Shown: piece by piece, positions 19,146 to 28,544 of the stretch | Numbering within the stretch: the stretch's first letter is position 1 | How the letters are laid out: every line of letters starts with the position of its first letter | Source of the DNA: a virus | Direction: 5' to 3' (one strand) | IMG/VR virus record: IMGVR_UViG_3300045988_116984 | DNA: 64,000 bases | Program-made: the position numbers and the translations under genes | The notes under the pieces: generated by a model | Told to the model about the DNA's origin: nothing | The model's database searches: none | The model's input: only the letters and a program-made list of their open reading frames with translations

Positions 19146-20294
19146 ATGGCTAATACTCCTAACTATAATCTTACAACGTATTCTTCATCAGATACGGATG
19201 TAAGATTCTTAGATTTTCGTGTAGCTATTGCTGGTAGTCAAACTACAAGCAACTTCTATAAAATTGACACAGCCTTAAAACAGCATACCGACGCTATTGC
19301 TTCTCTTGAGGCTTCTCCATCGGCGTTTACGGTTAATGCTGTATATTCTACGGACAACTTTTATACTGCTTCTGTTACGAACTATCCTGGATATAAGACA
19401 AACCAACTTATCGCATTATCGCTTGACAGAAATAATGTTGGAACAGTAACAATCAATATCAATGGCTCTACTACAAAGAGTGTTATGAAATATAATACGT
19501 CTGGGCTATTAGTAAATGCCGCTGATAATGATTTTGTGAAAAATAATCCCGTCCTTTGTATTTATGATGGTACACAGTTCATTATGCTTGGTTCTTCTAG
19601 TGCTACTAATATACGAATTGACGGCGCTGCTAATCACGTTGTTATGATTTCAGGGCAAAATACTCTTGTGACAAGTGGACGAGGCATAGGAATTGCTAAT
19701 GGTTTTGCTACATTGGATGCTAGTGGTAAGCTTGTCCAGACGGCTAAAAACTCCGACTACGCAACTACTGCTGGTATAGCAAATACTGTTCTTGATGGCT
19801 CTATTGTAACAAATTCTTTCAACTCAGCTGCTGTTGCTCCAACCGCCGCTAAAACATCACAAGCTCTGACTATTCAGTTAAATGGTACAGCACAGCCAAC
19901 ATTTAATGGCTCTACTGCTAGAACAATCAATGTAACACCAGCTTCAATTGGTGCGGCAACGACTGGTGCGCTGGATGGAGTTGTTTCAGACTTAACCGAT
20001 GGCACTACTGTTGTAGCGCAAGCCAACAAGGTAACTAACGCTCTGGTTATTATGAGCAACAGTGGAACCGCGTTGGTAAACTATGACGGAAGTGCCACAG
20101 CAAATATGACACTTAGTCCATCCAATGTAGGTGCAGAACCAGCATTCACAAAAAACTCGGCGTTCAACAAAAACTTCGGTAGTTCTGCTGGCACGGTATG
20201 TCAAGGCAATGATAGTAGACTGTCTGATGCTCGTCGTTCATCTAATATAACCATGAGTTTGTCTGGAACAGACCTTAGTATTAGTTATAAGTAA
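19146..20294 (+). CDS. tail fibre protein
   Basis: AAGGAGGGAG RBS. Shares the AEPAFTKNSAFNKNFGSSAGTVCQGNDSRLSDAR block with ORF 23711. Confidence 0.7.
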   Translation: MANTPNYNLTTYSSSDTDVRFLDFRVAIAGSQTTSNFYKIDTALKQHTDAIASLEASPSAFTVNAVYSTDNFYTASVTNYPGYKTNQLIALSLDRNNVGTVTININGSTTKSVMKYNTSGLLVNAADNDFVKNNPVLCIYDGTQFIMLGSSSATNIRIDGAANHVVMISGQNTLVTSGRGIGIANGFATLDASGKLVQTAKNSDYATTAGIANTVLDGSIVTNSFNSAAVAPTAAKTSQALTIQLNGTAQPTFNGSTARTINVTPASIGAATTGALDGVVSDLTDGTTVVAQANKVTNALVIMSNSGTALVNYDGSATANMTLSPSNVGAEPAFTKNSAFNKNFGSSAGTVCQGNDSRLSDARRSSNITMSLSGTDLSISYK

Positions 20295-20306
20295 GGATGT
20301 GTTATT

Positions 20307-20849
20307 ATGGCTTTAAGTTTTAAGGGCACAAATGTACCTCCGTCCGGTAATGTAATATTTAATGGGACGTATTGTAAAACCGTAACATACAATGGTACTG
20401 AGGTTTGGAAAAAAGAATATACTGTGTATCCCGGCGCTCCCGTTGCTAATACTCAAAACCTTGGGTATGCTTCTTACTTTACTGTTACAAACAGTGGTAC
20501 AGACATTAAGGTTGACGCATTTGGCGGCACAGAACGAGGATATGGGCGTGTTATGCTTGGTGGATTTAGCACAATAGGTTATTCACAAATATATTTTAAT
20601 AATCTCCGGGCATTTATCACAAACAGCTATTCCCATATCAAGGTGGCATTGAGTGATATAAACGGGAATGTTGTTCAACAGCTTATTTATTCAGAAACAA
20701 ACGGATTCGACGCAACATATACCGCAAGCACTAAATTCAACATAAATTCGCCAAATGGTAATTACTATTTAATGTTAGAAGTTGAATCTGGCGCTACACA
20801 CTTAGGAAAGAACGCCACCATTTTAATGAATGGTTGTTATTTAGTTTAA
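20307..20849 (+). CDS. hypothetical fibre-associated protein
   Basis: 180-aa ORF 12 nt after the fibre gene. Confidence 0.55.
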   Translation: MALSFKGTNVPPSGNVIFNGTYCKTVTYNGTEVWKKEYTVYPGAPVANTQNLGYASYFTVTNSGTDIKVDAFGGTERGYGRVMLGGFSTIGYSQIYFNNLRAFITNSYSHIKVALSDINGNVVQQLIYSETNGFDATYTASTKFNINSPNGNYYLMLEVESGATHLGKNATILMNGCYLV

Positions 20850-20862
20850 GTGAGGGATTATA

Positions 20863-21243
20863 ATGATTAAAATTACATTGAAAAACGGTAAGGAGTATGA
20901 AGTGCTTGATAGTACATTGGTATATCCAAGCGGAATGTCAAGTGTTCGTAGCAAAATAGAAATTCATTTAGATGAATCAGCTATGACTCTTGCCGAACTT
21001 GAAAAAATATTTATAGACGAAACAGCAACAGACGAAATCCGTATTACAAAAACACGCGAGGACGGAGTTGTGGAATACGATAATATATATTACCACTATT
21101 GTGTTGTTTCTAGTATTGGCAAAAAGATTGTTTCTTCTGTTAGCAATTCAACTGGTGAAGTTACAGAAAAAATGCGCTTATCCGTTGTTCTAGAGCAGAG
21201 AACATATATCGAACAGAAATTATATGAGTTGGGTGTGTCTTGA
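20863..21243 (+). CDS. hypothetical protein
   Basis: 126-aa ORF, RBS GTGAGGGA. Confidence 0.55.
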   Translation: MIKITLKNGKEYEVLDSTLVYPSGMSSVRSKIEIHLDESAMTLAELEKIFIDETATDEIRITKTREDGVVEYDNIYYHYCVVSSIGKKIVSSVSNSTGEVTEKMRLSVVLEQRTYIEQKLYELGVS

Positions 21244-21271
21244 ACATATCTGGAAGAAAGGATGACAAATC

Positions 21272-21703
21272 ATGTTTAATGATGTATTAAGTTCTGTATT
21301 AGAAAGTTTAGTTATGGTGTCATCTTTCGGATTGTTTATGCTTTGTTGTGCTCTTTCCAATACCATTCTTGGCTCAATTATTGCTTCTAAGACTGCCACT
21401 TTTGAGTGGAAAACATTAGCCAAAGGGCTTCTGCGTAATATTGGTGTTGTTCTTGGTATTGATGTTCTAGCGGCTGGACTATCAGGTATGACAAAGCTTA
21501 TAGAGATATATGACGTTGTTCCTCAATATTCAGAAGCCTTACAGGGCGTAAGTGTGTTGGCAATAGTAGCCATAATTGTAACAATATCTTATAAGGTTTA
21601 TGGCGCACAGGCTATTGAAAAAATCAAAGAAATTGGTGGCATAAAAGATGAAGATATTATCCCCATTGAAAAGGCAGACGGATGGGAACAGAGAGGAACG
21701 TGA
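21272..21703 (+). CDS. holin-like multi-pass membrane protein
   Basis: 143 aa with 3 hydrophobic segments (VMVSSFGLFMLCCAL; IGVVLGIDVLAAGL; VSVLAIVAIIVTI) and a charged C-terminus. Confidence 0.5.
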   Translation: MFNDVLSSVLESLVMVSSFGLFMLCCALSNTILGSIIASKTATFEWKTLAKGLLRNIGVVLGIDVLAAGLSGMTKLIEIYDVVPQYSEALQGVSVLAIVAIIVTISYKVYGAQAIEKIKEIGGIKDEDIIPIEKADGWEQRGT

Positions 21704-21707
21704 TTAA

Positions 21708-22331
21708 ATGTTAAGTTTCTCTGTCAAGAAGCAAAAACTCGAAAGAAAAGACAATCAAGAAGTGGTTGGAGGAACATATAATTACTTATATGCTGTATTT
21801 GACTTTTCATATGATTGGGACAACGTTTCTAAAAATGCAATATTCAATAACTGCAAAGCAAAGAAAAACTTTGCCGTTCCTATTGTAGAAAATATATGTC
21901 TTGTGCCATGGGAGGTTATAGAAAGTCCAAACTTTACGGTATCGTTATATGGATTTACAGACAACAAGAGAATAACTTCTAATGAAGTTATGATACCAGT
22001 TAAAAGCAAACCATATAACGCCAATAACATTCCATCACCGCCTCCGACACCAACTGATTATGAAGCATATGTACAACTTGTAAATAAATATAAAGAAGAA
22101 TCGGACGCTCAATACAATGAGCTTAAAGAAACAAAAGCGGAAGTAACAACAACTGACAGCATTTATAAATTCCCGAATATCGGGAACAAAAACTATCTAT
22201 ACATTGATTCTTCTACTAATACAACGTATAGATGGGATGAAACCGAATTAAAGTATTATTGTGTTGGTTCTGATTACAGAGAAATAGAGATTATCATAGG
22301 GGGGAAAGCAAGTGGCAAATACAACTCTTAA
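21708..22331 (+). CDS. hypothetical protein
   Basis: 207-aa ORF 4 nt after the previous stop. Confidence 0.55.
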   Translation: MLSFSVKKQKLERKDNQEVVGGTYNYLYAVFDFSYDWDNVSKNAIFNNCKAKKNFAVPIVENICLVPWEVIESPNFTVSLYGFTDNKRITSNEVMIPVKSKPYNANNIPSPPPTPTDYEAYVQLVNKYKEESDAQYNELKETKAEVTTTDSIYKFPNIGNKNYLYIDSSTNTTYRWDETELKYYCVGSDYREIEIIIGGKASGKYNS

Positions 22332-23682
22332 TGTTAAAATACAAATAAGAAATGACGTTGCCAATACTTGGAAAACCACAAACCCTGTACTTCTAAAGGG
22401 TGAAATGGGTATTGAAACAGATACAAGGAAGTTCAAGTTCGGTGACGGCGTTTCAACTTGGACTGAACTTGACTATGCAAGTGCGCAAGCTGCGGTTGTA
22501 ATGAACAAAGCGCCTACGCCAATGGACTCTGGATATGATATTGGTGTAATTTGGATTGATACAGCGGGCAACAAGGCGTATGTCTTGTTTAACAACACAT
22601 CTAATAATGCTATTTGGAAACAGATGGTTACGCCTGATGACTTGAGCGACCTTGGCGCAGGAGACATGTTGAAATCTCAGTTTGCCAACAATCCAAAAGC
22701 AGAGCAAGGTTATGTAAACGCAGCTATTGTAGCCGACACAGCAAATGCTACTAAGGCGGCGCTTACTGCTGGTACAAAGACATTTAACGGCTCAACAGCG
22801 ATTGAAATCACTGCTGGTGATTTGGGTGCTCTTACATCTGTTCCATCAGAGTACGTCAAAAACACAGATTACGGTACTACCGAACAGGGCGGCGTTGTTA
22901 AGTCGGTTGCTAAGGGCACTGATACAGTTACCATTAACGCCGACGGAACAATGTCCATGGGAAAGGCTTCTACCGCCGGAGCGGCAGACACCGCCGCTGC
23001 TTTACAAACTGGTAGAACGATTGCTCTTAGTGGAGACGCAACTGGTACTTCTGCTGCTTTCGATGGTACGGCGAATGTAACAATTCCTGTTGTATTAGCA
23101 AAGAGTGGTGTTACAGCTGGTACATTCACAAAGGTTACTGTGAATGATAAAGGGCTTGTAACAAGCGGGGAGGCTCTTGTAGCTTCTGACATTCCATCCC
23201 TTACTCTTTCGAAGATTACTGATGCTGGTACTGCTGCTGCGGCTGATACTGGTATCGCAGAGGGCAACGTCCCCATTCTTGGTGCTGGTGGCAAACTGAA
23301 CGAAGCGGTTATCCCCGCCATTGCTATTACTGATACATATGTTGTTGACAGTCAAGCCGCAATGCTTGGGCTTGATGCTCAAAAAGGTGACGTTGCTGTT
23401 CGTACAGATATCAATAAAACATTCATCTTAAAACAGTCTCCCGCATCTACTTTGGGAAACTGGGTTGAGCTTGAAACACCGACAGATGCTGTAACGAGTG
23501 TAAATGGTTTAACTGGTGCTGTTGTTCTTACAACATCAAATATAGAAGAAGGAAGTAATCTTTATTTCACGACTGCTAGAGCAAACGCGAACTGGATTAC
23601 ACATGCTTCTACGGAGCTTACAGACTCTGATACTCTGCTTAGGACAACTGACACATTTATACTTAATGGCGGAAATGCCTAA
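22312..23682 (+). CDS. tail fibre protein
   Basis: GTG start after GGGGGGAAAG. The N-terminus NVKIQIRNDVANTWKTTNPVLLKGEMGIETDTRKFKFGDGVSTW is a fibre N-terminal (Mtd-N-like) motif; the rest is Ala/Thr/Gly-rich. Confidence 0.7.
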   Translation: MANTTLNVKIQIRNDVANTWKTTNPVLLKGEMGIETDTRKFKFGDGVSTWTELDYASAQAAVVMNKAPTPMDSGYDIGVIWIDTAGNKAYVLFNNTSNNAIWKQMVTPDDLSDLGAGDMLKSQFANNPKAEQGYVNAAIVADTANATKAALTAGTKTFNGSTAIEITAGDLGALTSVPSEYVKNTDYGTTEQGGVVKSVAKGTDTVTINADGTMSMGKASTAGAADTAAALQTGRTIALSGDATGTSAAFDGTANVTIPVVLAKSGVTAGTFTKVTVNDKGLVTSGEALVASDIPSLTLSKITDAGTAAAADTGIAEGNVPILGAGGKLNEAVIPAIAITDTYVVDSQAAMLGLDAQKGDVAVRTDINKTFILKQSPASTLGNWVELETPTDAVTSVNGLTGAVVLTTSNIEEGSNLYFTTARANANWITHASTELTDSDTLLRTTDTFILNGGNA

Positions 23683-23710
23683 TCTATATCAACATTAAGG
23701 AGGGGTATCT

Positions 23711-26092
23711 GTGGCTAATAGAAACCTAAACGCTCGACAGCAGCAAAAACATGATACTTCGTCCAATTTTAACTCTAAAAATGCCACATATTTAGAGGGC
23801 GAAATCCTTATTGAAAGTGACACCGGCAGAGTTAAGATAGCTGATGGAGATACAGATTATAAAACGCTCCAATATACTATTGGAACTCGTGTACCAACAG
23901 ATGCCAAGTTTACAGATACCACTTATACTGCTAGTGGAGGGCTGTCCCTTAGCGGGACAACCTTTTCCATTGCTAATTCTGGTGTAACAGCGGATACTTA
24001 TGGGCCAACTGCTAATGTATCTGGCTCTTGGGGAACGTCGTTTACAGTACCAAGCGTTGTTGTAAATACTAAAGGACAAGTTACGAGCGCGGTTGATAGA
24101 ACTGTTACTATGCCTGCGAAACCAACCGCTGCTGATATTGGTGCCGAGCCAGCGTTTACAAAAAATACAGCGTTCAACAAAAATTTCGGAACTGCTTCTG
24201 GAACTGTTTGTGAGGGTGACGATGAGAGATTGTCGAATGCGCGTCCTGCTTCTGATGTTTCAGCATGGGCAAAAGCGGCTACAAAGCCAACCTATACCCC
24301 AACAGAAGTTGGCGTCATTGGTGCAGCTCCTGCTTCTGGGCAAGTAGCTGTTTTTGATGGTACAACTGGTAAGATTAAATCTACTGGGTTTACGATAGCA
24401 ACATCGGTGCCTGCCAATGCCGAATTCACAGACACAACATATAACAAAGCAACAGATTCTTCTCTTGGACTGGTGCAAGTTGGATATTCCACTTCTGGAA
24501 AAAACTACGCTGTTACTTTAGACGATTCTGGCAATGCTTATGTAAACGTCCCATGGACGGATTCTGTTGCTAATAACCCAGCCATAACAATTACACAAAA
24601 CGGAACGTCTAAAGGCTCTTTCACGCTAAACCAGACTTCGGCAGAAACAATTGATTTGACTGATACAACATATTCTGTTTTTGAAGCCGCCACTTCAAGT
24701 GTAGCAGGTAGTACCGGATTAGTACCAGCTCCTGCGGCTGGCAAGCAGACGAGCTTCTTACGAGGAGACGGGACATGGGTTATACCGTCTCAACCGACAG
24801 TGAATAATCCTACTATCACAATAAAACAGGACGGCGCGACCAAAGGGACATTTACTTTAAATCAATCTGGAGATGCCACAATAGAGCTTACTGACGCCAA
24901 TACGACTTATGCTCAAGCGACATCAACAGTCCTTGGTTTGGTTAAGATTGGATACGCTGAAAATGGCCGAAACTATCCAATTAAGCTTGATTCTTTGGGG
25001 AAAATGTTTGTCAATGTACCATGGACAGACACAACATATTCCGTCGCCACTGTTAGCGAGGATGGATTGATGCCTAAAATCCCAAGTTCGTCTGCTCAAT
25101 ATTTAAACGGCATGGGACAGTGGAGTACACCACCAGATACTAAATATACAAACTTTGTCGGTTCTGGCTCTGAAGCTAAGTCTGGACTTGTTCCGTCTCC
25201 GGGGACAATCGCTGGCACAACAAAATATCTAAGAGAAGATGGAACATGGAGTGTACCGCCAGATACTACATATACAGCAGGACGAGCAATTGAAATTAGT
25301 CAAGGCGCTATTAGCGTAACAAGCAGTGGTGTATCTTCTGGCGCATACGGTTTAACGGATAGTACCAGTGTTAATATTGGTACGTCATTTACTGTTCCGG
25401 GGTTTGTTGTTGACCAATGCGGTAGATTGACGCAGGCATACAGCAGGACTGTTACTGTTAATGCGCCAAATATGACTGGTGCCACAACATCAGCAGCAGG
25501 AACGGCTGGCTTGGTTCCTACGCCTACTGCGGGGAAGCCAACAAGGTACCTTTGTTCAACCGGAGAATGGAGTATACCCACTGGAACTATTTATAATGGA
25601 AGCACAACAATATCCGTTAAACCGTCTACAACTGATGGAGAATACAATATATATTTAGTTGCGTTATTTCCGGGCACTACAAGCCAAAGCGTTGGACCAA
25701 GCGCATCAGGAACAATTAATTTTGGCTCTGCTTTTAATGTGCCATATATAACGATAGACCAATATGGCAGAATCACGGCATTAGCGAATAGAAGTATGAT
25801 TCTTAGTGGAGCATTAGCAAGCAGCTCTGCTCCTGGTTTGTGTCCAAAGTTAGATTCGTCACATCCATCATATTATCTAAATGCTAATGGAAGTTGGAGT
25901 CTCCCAAGAGGCAGAGTATATGGTGTAAAAGGAGAAGCCGAAACGGATTATCGTAAAGGACAAGTAAACATAACAGCAGATAATATTGGAGCATTATCTC
26001 TTTCTTCTGGCGGCACAGTTGCTGGTGCTACAACGTTTAGTAGTGATGTTACTATTAGCGGCGAACTAAATTATGATGGTGGATTCTATTGA
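23711..26092 (+). CDS. long tail fibre with internal repeats
   Basis: 793 aa, GTG start after AAGGAGGGG. Recurrent blocks: FTDTTY, VNVPWTD(T/S), GLVP.P...K.LR.DGTW. Confidence 0.75.
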   Translation: MANRNLNARQQQKHDTSSNFNSKNATYLEGEILIESDTGRVKIADGDTDYKTLQYTIGTRVPTDAKFTDTTYTASGGLSLSGTTFSIANSGVTADTYGPTANVSGSWGTSFTVPSVVVNTKGQVTSAVDRTVTMPAKPTAADIGAEPAFTKNTAFNKNFGTASGTVCEGDDERLSNARPASDVSAWAKAATKPTYTPTEVGVIGAAPASGQVAVFDGTTGKIKSTGFTIATSVPANAEFTDTTYNKATDSSLGLVQVGYSTSGKNYAVTLDDSGNAYVNVPWTDSVANNPAITITQNGTSKGSFTLNQTSAETIDLTDTTYSVFEAATSSVAGSTGLVPAPAAGKQTSFLRGDGTWVIPSQPTVNNPTITIKQDGATKGTFTLNQSGDATIELTDANTTYAQATSTVLGLVKIGYAENGRNYPIKLDSLGKMFVNVPWTDTTYSVATVSEDGLMPKIPSSSAQYLNGMGQWSTPPDTKYTNFVGSGSEAKSGLVPSPGTIAGTTKYLREDGTWSVPPDTTYTAGRAIEISQGAISVTSSGVSSGAYGLTDSTSVNIGTSFTVPGFVVDQCGRLTQAYSRTVTVNAPNMTGATTSAAGTAGLVPTPTAGKPTRYLCSTGEWSIPTGTIYNGSTTISVKPSTTDGEYNIYLVALFPGTTSQSVGPSASGTINFGSAFNVPYITIDQYGRITALANRSMILSGALASSSAPGLCPKLDSSHPSYYLNANGSWSLPRGRVYGVKGEAETDYRKGQVNITADNIGALSLSSGGTVAGATTFSSDVTISGELNYDGGFY

Positions 26093-26104
26093 TAGGTGAT
26101 TATT

Positions 26105-27064
26105 ATGGCAATTAAAATACAAAGGCAGACGGCATCAGCGTCGTCTGCCTCTCCTCCCTCTACGCTTCCATATGGGGAATTAGCATGTGATAAAACGGCA
26201 GTTTTATATGTCGGAAATTCGTCAAATTTGCCTGTTAAAATGATGGACACGAACAGTTACAATCAAGTTGGCAATCCAAATCTTTTAGACAATACAAACT
26301 TTAAGAATTTAGTAAATCAAAGAGGTAAATCTTCTTATTCATTAGACTGGAAATATTGTATTGATAGGTGGGTGCTTTTAGGAACATATTCCGTCAGTAA
26401 TCATACGCTTACTTTTGATGCCGGATACCAAACGTCAAGATTTGGGCTTGACGCAATATCATACATGCGTCAAGGACTTGAAAAACTTGATTCTGGTACA
26501 TATACAATATCGGCAGGAGTCGGAGATACAGTATATTCTCAGACTATATCCGTTTATCAAGGCGGTTCAGCAAATGCATGGAACATGGGGCCATTCTATT
26601 TTACATATGAAAAATTCGTTGGTGTGGATGTACAGTGGTTTGGCTTTGGGGTTACACCGGGAGAATCAGGCCCAGGCTCTATTGCTTTAGACTGGATTAA
26701 ACTTGAGCAGGGTGATAAAGCAACACCATATTCCCCGAAAGGATACGGAGCTGAATTAGGCGAGTGTTCAAGATATTTTATAAGCGCTATTGGATTTGGT
26801 GCTCCTGGAATTATAAACGCTAGTAGTTCAAGACTATTCATAAATACTCCTGTAATGATGCGTGGAGTGACACCAACCGTAACTGTAAATTCTCCTGATA
26901 ATATTGTATTCAACGGTACATTTAAAGCCCTAAATACAACGGCAACAGGAGCGCAAAGATTTAAAAATGGTATTCTTGTAAATATAGGTTCGGCGACAAC
27001 AGGAGTTACAAATACTCCCGGTATTGCCTTTGGATTATCTGTTGATATATCGTGCGATATATAA
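26105..27064 (+). CDS. receptor-binding / fibre-tip protein, paralogue A
   Basis: ATG 26105 after AGGTGA. Shares YNQVGNPNLLDN, WIKLEQG.KATPY.PKGY and ECSRYF with the next gene. Confidence 0.65.
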   Translation: MAIKIQRQTASASSASPPSTLPYGELACDKTAVLYVGNSSNLPVKMMDTNSYNQVGNPNLLDNTNFKNLVNQRGKSSYSLDWKYCIDRWVLLGTYSVSNHTLTFDAGYQTSRFGLDAISYMRQGLEKLDSGTYTISAGVGDTVYSQTISVYQGGSANAWNMGPFYFTYEKFVGVDVQWFGFGVTPGESGPGSIALDWIKLEQGDKATPYSPKGYGAELGECSRYFISAIGFGAPGIINASSSRLFINTPVMMRGVTPTVTVNSPDNIVFNGTFKALNTTATGAQRFKNGILVNIGSATTGVTNTPGIAFGLSVDISCDI

Positions 27065-27079
27065 CTAAGGTGGTTTAAT

Positions 27080-27963
27080 ATGCCTATAAAGATATATAGA
27101 CAAAATATTTCCGCAAATGAGCCATTGCCCCCCCGTTGACTTACGGAAATATAGCGTCTAATAAATATGGAAAACTATATGCGGGGGACTCATCTAATAG
27201 CCCAATTGGTATGTTAGATGAAAAGACTTATAATCAAGTAGGAAATCCAAACTTACTAGACAATAGCGATTTTACAAATGCTGTAAAACAACGTGGAGAT
27301 ACCATATTTGATAGAAATGGGTATTGCGTTGATAGATGGCAAGTGTTTGAGTCTACATATGACACTACTACAAAAACTGTTACAGCTGATGATGTAGTTG
27401 AATCTTGTGGCTCTCAGCTCAGACAAATAATAGACCCAAGCGTACTTTGTGAAGGAGACACTATTTCGGTTAGTGCTTATGTAAATAATACACTTTATAA
27501 GTTTACCACAACTATAACGACGTTTAGTGATTCAGGTTTAATTTCAGACGCTCCTTATGCTTTGGAAACGTCTTGGGGCGGATTTAAAATAGTTCTATTT
27601 GCTCATAGGCCGGAAATATTTTTTGTAATGTTTTTAAATCCGTCTCAAAAAATAACTGTAAATTGGGCCAAACTGGAAAGAGGAGCATCTGTAACACCAT
27701 ATGTGCCCAAAGGATATTGGCAAGAGCTGTCGGAGTGTTTAAGATATTATCAAACAATTGCTTTTTCAGTTGGAGCAGATAGAGCAACATATAAATATAT
27801 TCCGACACTTACTCCTATGAGGACCACACCAACGTGTACATTACAACAGATAGCAGCAAGTGGAACACTGCCAACAATATCAACAAACAATTTGTACATA
27901 ACGGCGAATTTGGCAACGCCACAGTATTTTGACGGAATTGCATTGCTTTCGGCAGATTTTTAA
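27080..27963 (+). CDS. receptor-binding / fibre-tip protein, paralogue B, frame broken at a C7 tract
   Basis: MPIKIYRQNISANEPLPP (27080-) hits TGA at 27137. The homologous body continues in the -1 frame from 27136. C7 lies at 27128-27134. Confidence 0.6.
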
Positions 27964-27976
27964 GGAGCGAACTTAC

Positions 27977-28327
27977 ATGGAAGATGGAAAATATATCGTA
28001 TATATCCGTGTTGACGAGAATGGCAGTATCATAGAAATAAATAGTGATGCTTTCTTGGATAACATAGATGGCTATATAGAACTTGATAGTGGTTATGGCG
28101 ACAAATACCATCACGCTCAAAATAACTATTTTTCTAAGCCGTTGTATGACGAACAATGGTGTGCCAACTATAAAATGGAAAACGGCATTGTATTGGAACG
28201 CACAGAAGAAGAAAAAGAGATTGAGATGTCTAATAGGCCTAAACCATTGCCAACGGGCGAGGAGAGACTTGCCGCTCTTGAAGAGGCGATGTTAGCAACG
28301 ATGTCTAGGGGGACTACAAATGTTTGA
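27977..28327 (+). CDS. hypothetical protein of the fibre/lysis junction
   Basis: ATG 27977 after TAAGGAG; 116 aa. Confidence 0.6.
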   Translation: MEDGKYIVYIRVDENGSIIEINSDAFLDNIDGYIELDSGYGDKYHHAQNNYFSKPLYDEQWCANYKMENGIVLERTEEEKEIEMSNRPKPLPTGEERLAALEEAMLATMSRGTTNV

Positions 28328-28439
28328 CTTTTTAAAAATTCAATATGAACTTGGGAAGATAACAAAAGAGCAATTATATTCTTATGTTTCAACATGGATT
28401 TCCGAGTTTGAATATAAGAAAATAATTGGAGAAATGTAA
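28320..28439 (+). CDS. XkdX-like small protein
   Basis: 39-aa ORF (MFDFLKIQYELGKITKEQLYSYV...) overlapping the previous stop (ATGTTTGA). The pattern is typical of XkdX-family proteins near lysis genes. Confidence 0.45.
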   Translation: MFDFLKIQYELGKITKEQLYSYVSTWISEFEYKKIIGEM

Positions 28440-28544
28440 CCCCCAAAAACGATATTTATGCTGATACCAATAAAACTACGTAGATTTAGCTGCTATGAGT
28501 GGTAACAATATCAATTTAACGAAAGTCAAAAAAAGGTGAATAAT

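Noticed and set aside
22869-23321. 150-aa minus-strand ORF inside the tail fibre gene; similar cases at 3811-4299 and 4599-5000
   Set aside because: These are antisense to Ala/Gly/Thr-rich fibre or tube genes, whose GC-rich codons keep opposite frames open. They have no translation signals.
22312-26092. Diversity-generating retroelement targeting the fibres (the fibres have Mtd-N-like N-termini)
   Set aside because: I saw no reverse transcriptase, no template/variable repeat pair and no adenine-biased repeat anywhere in the window.
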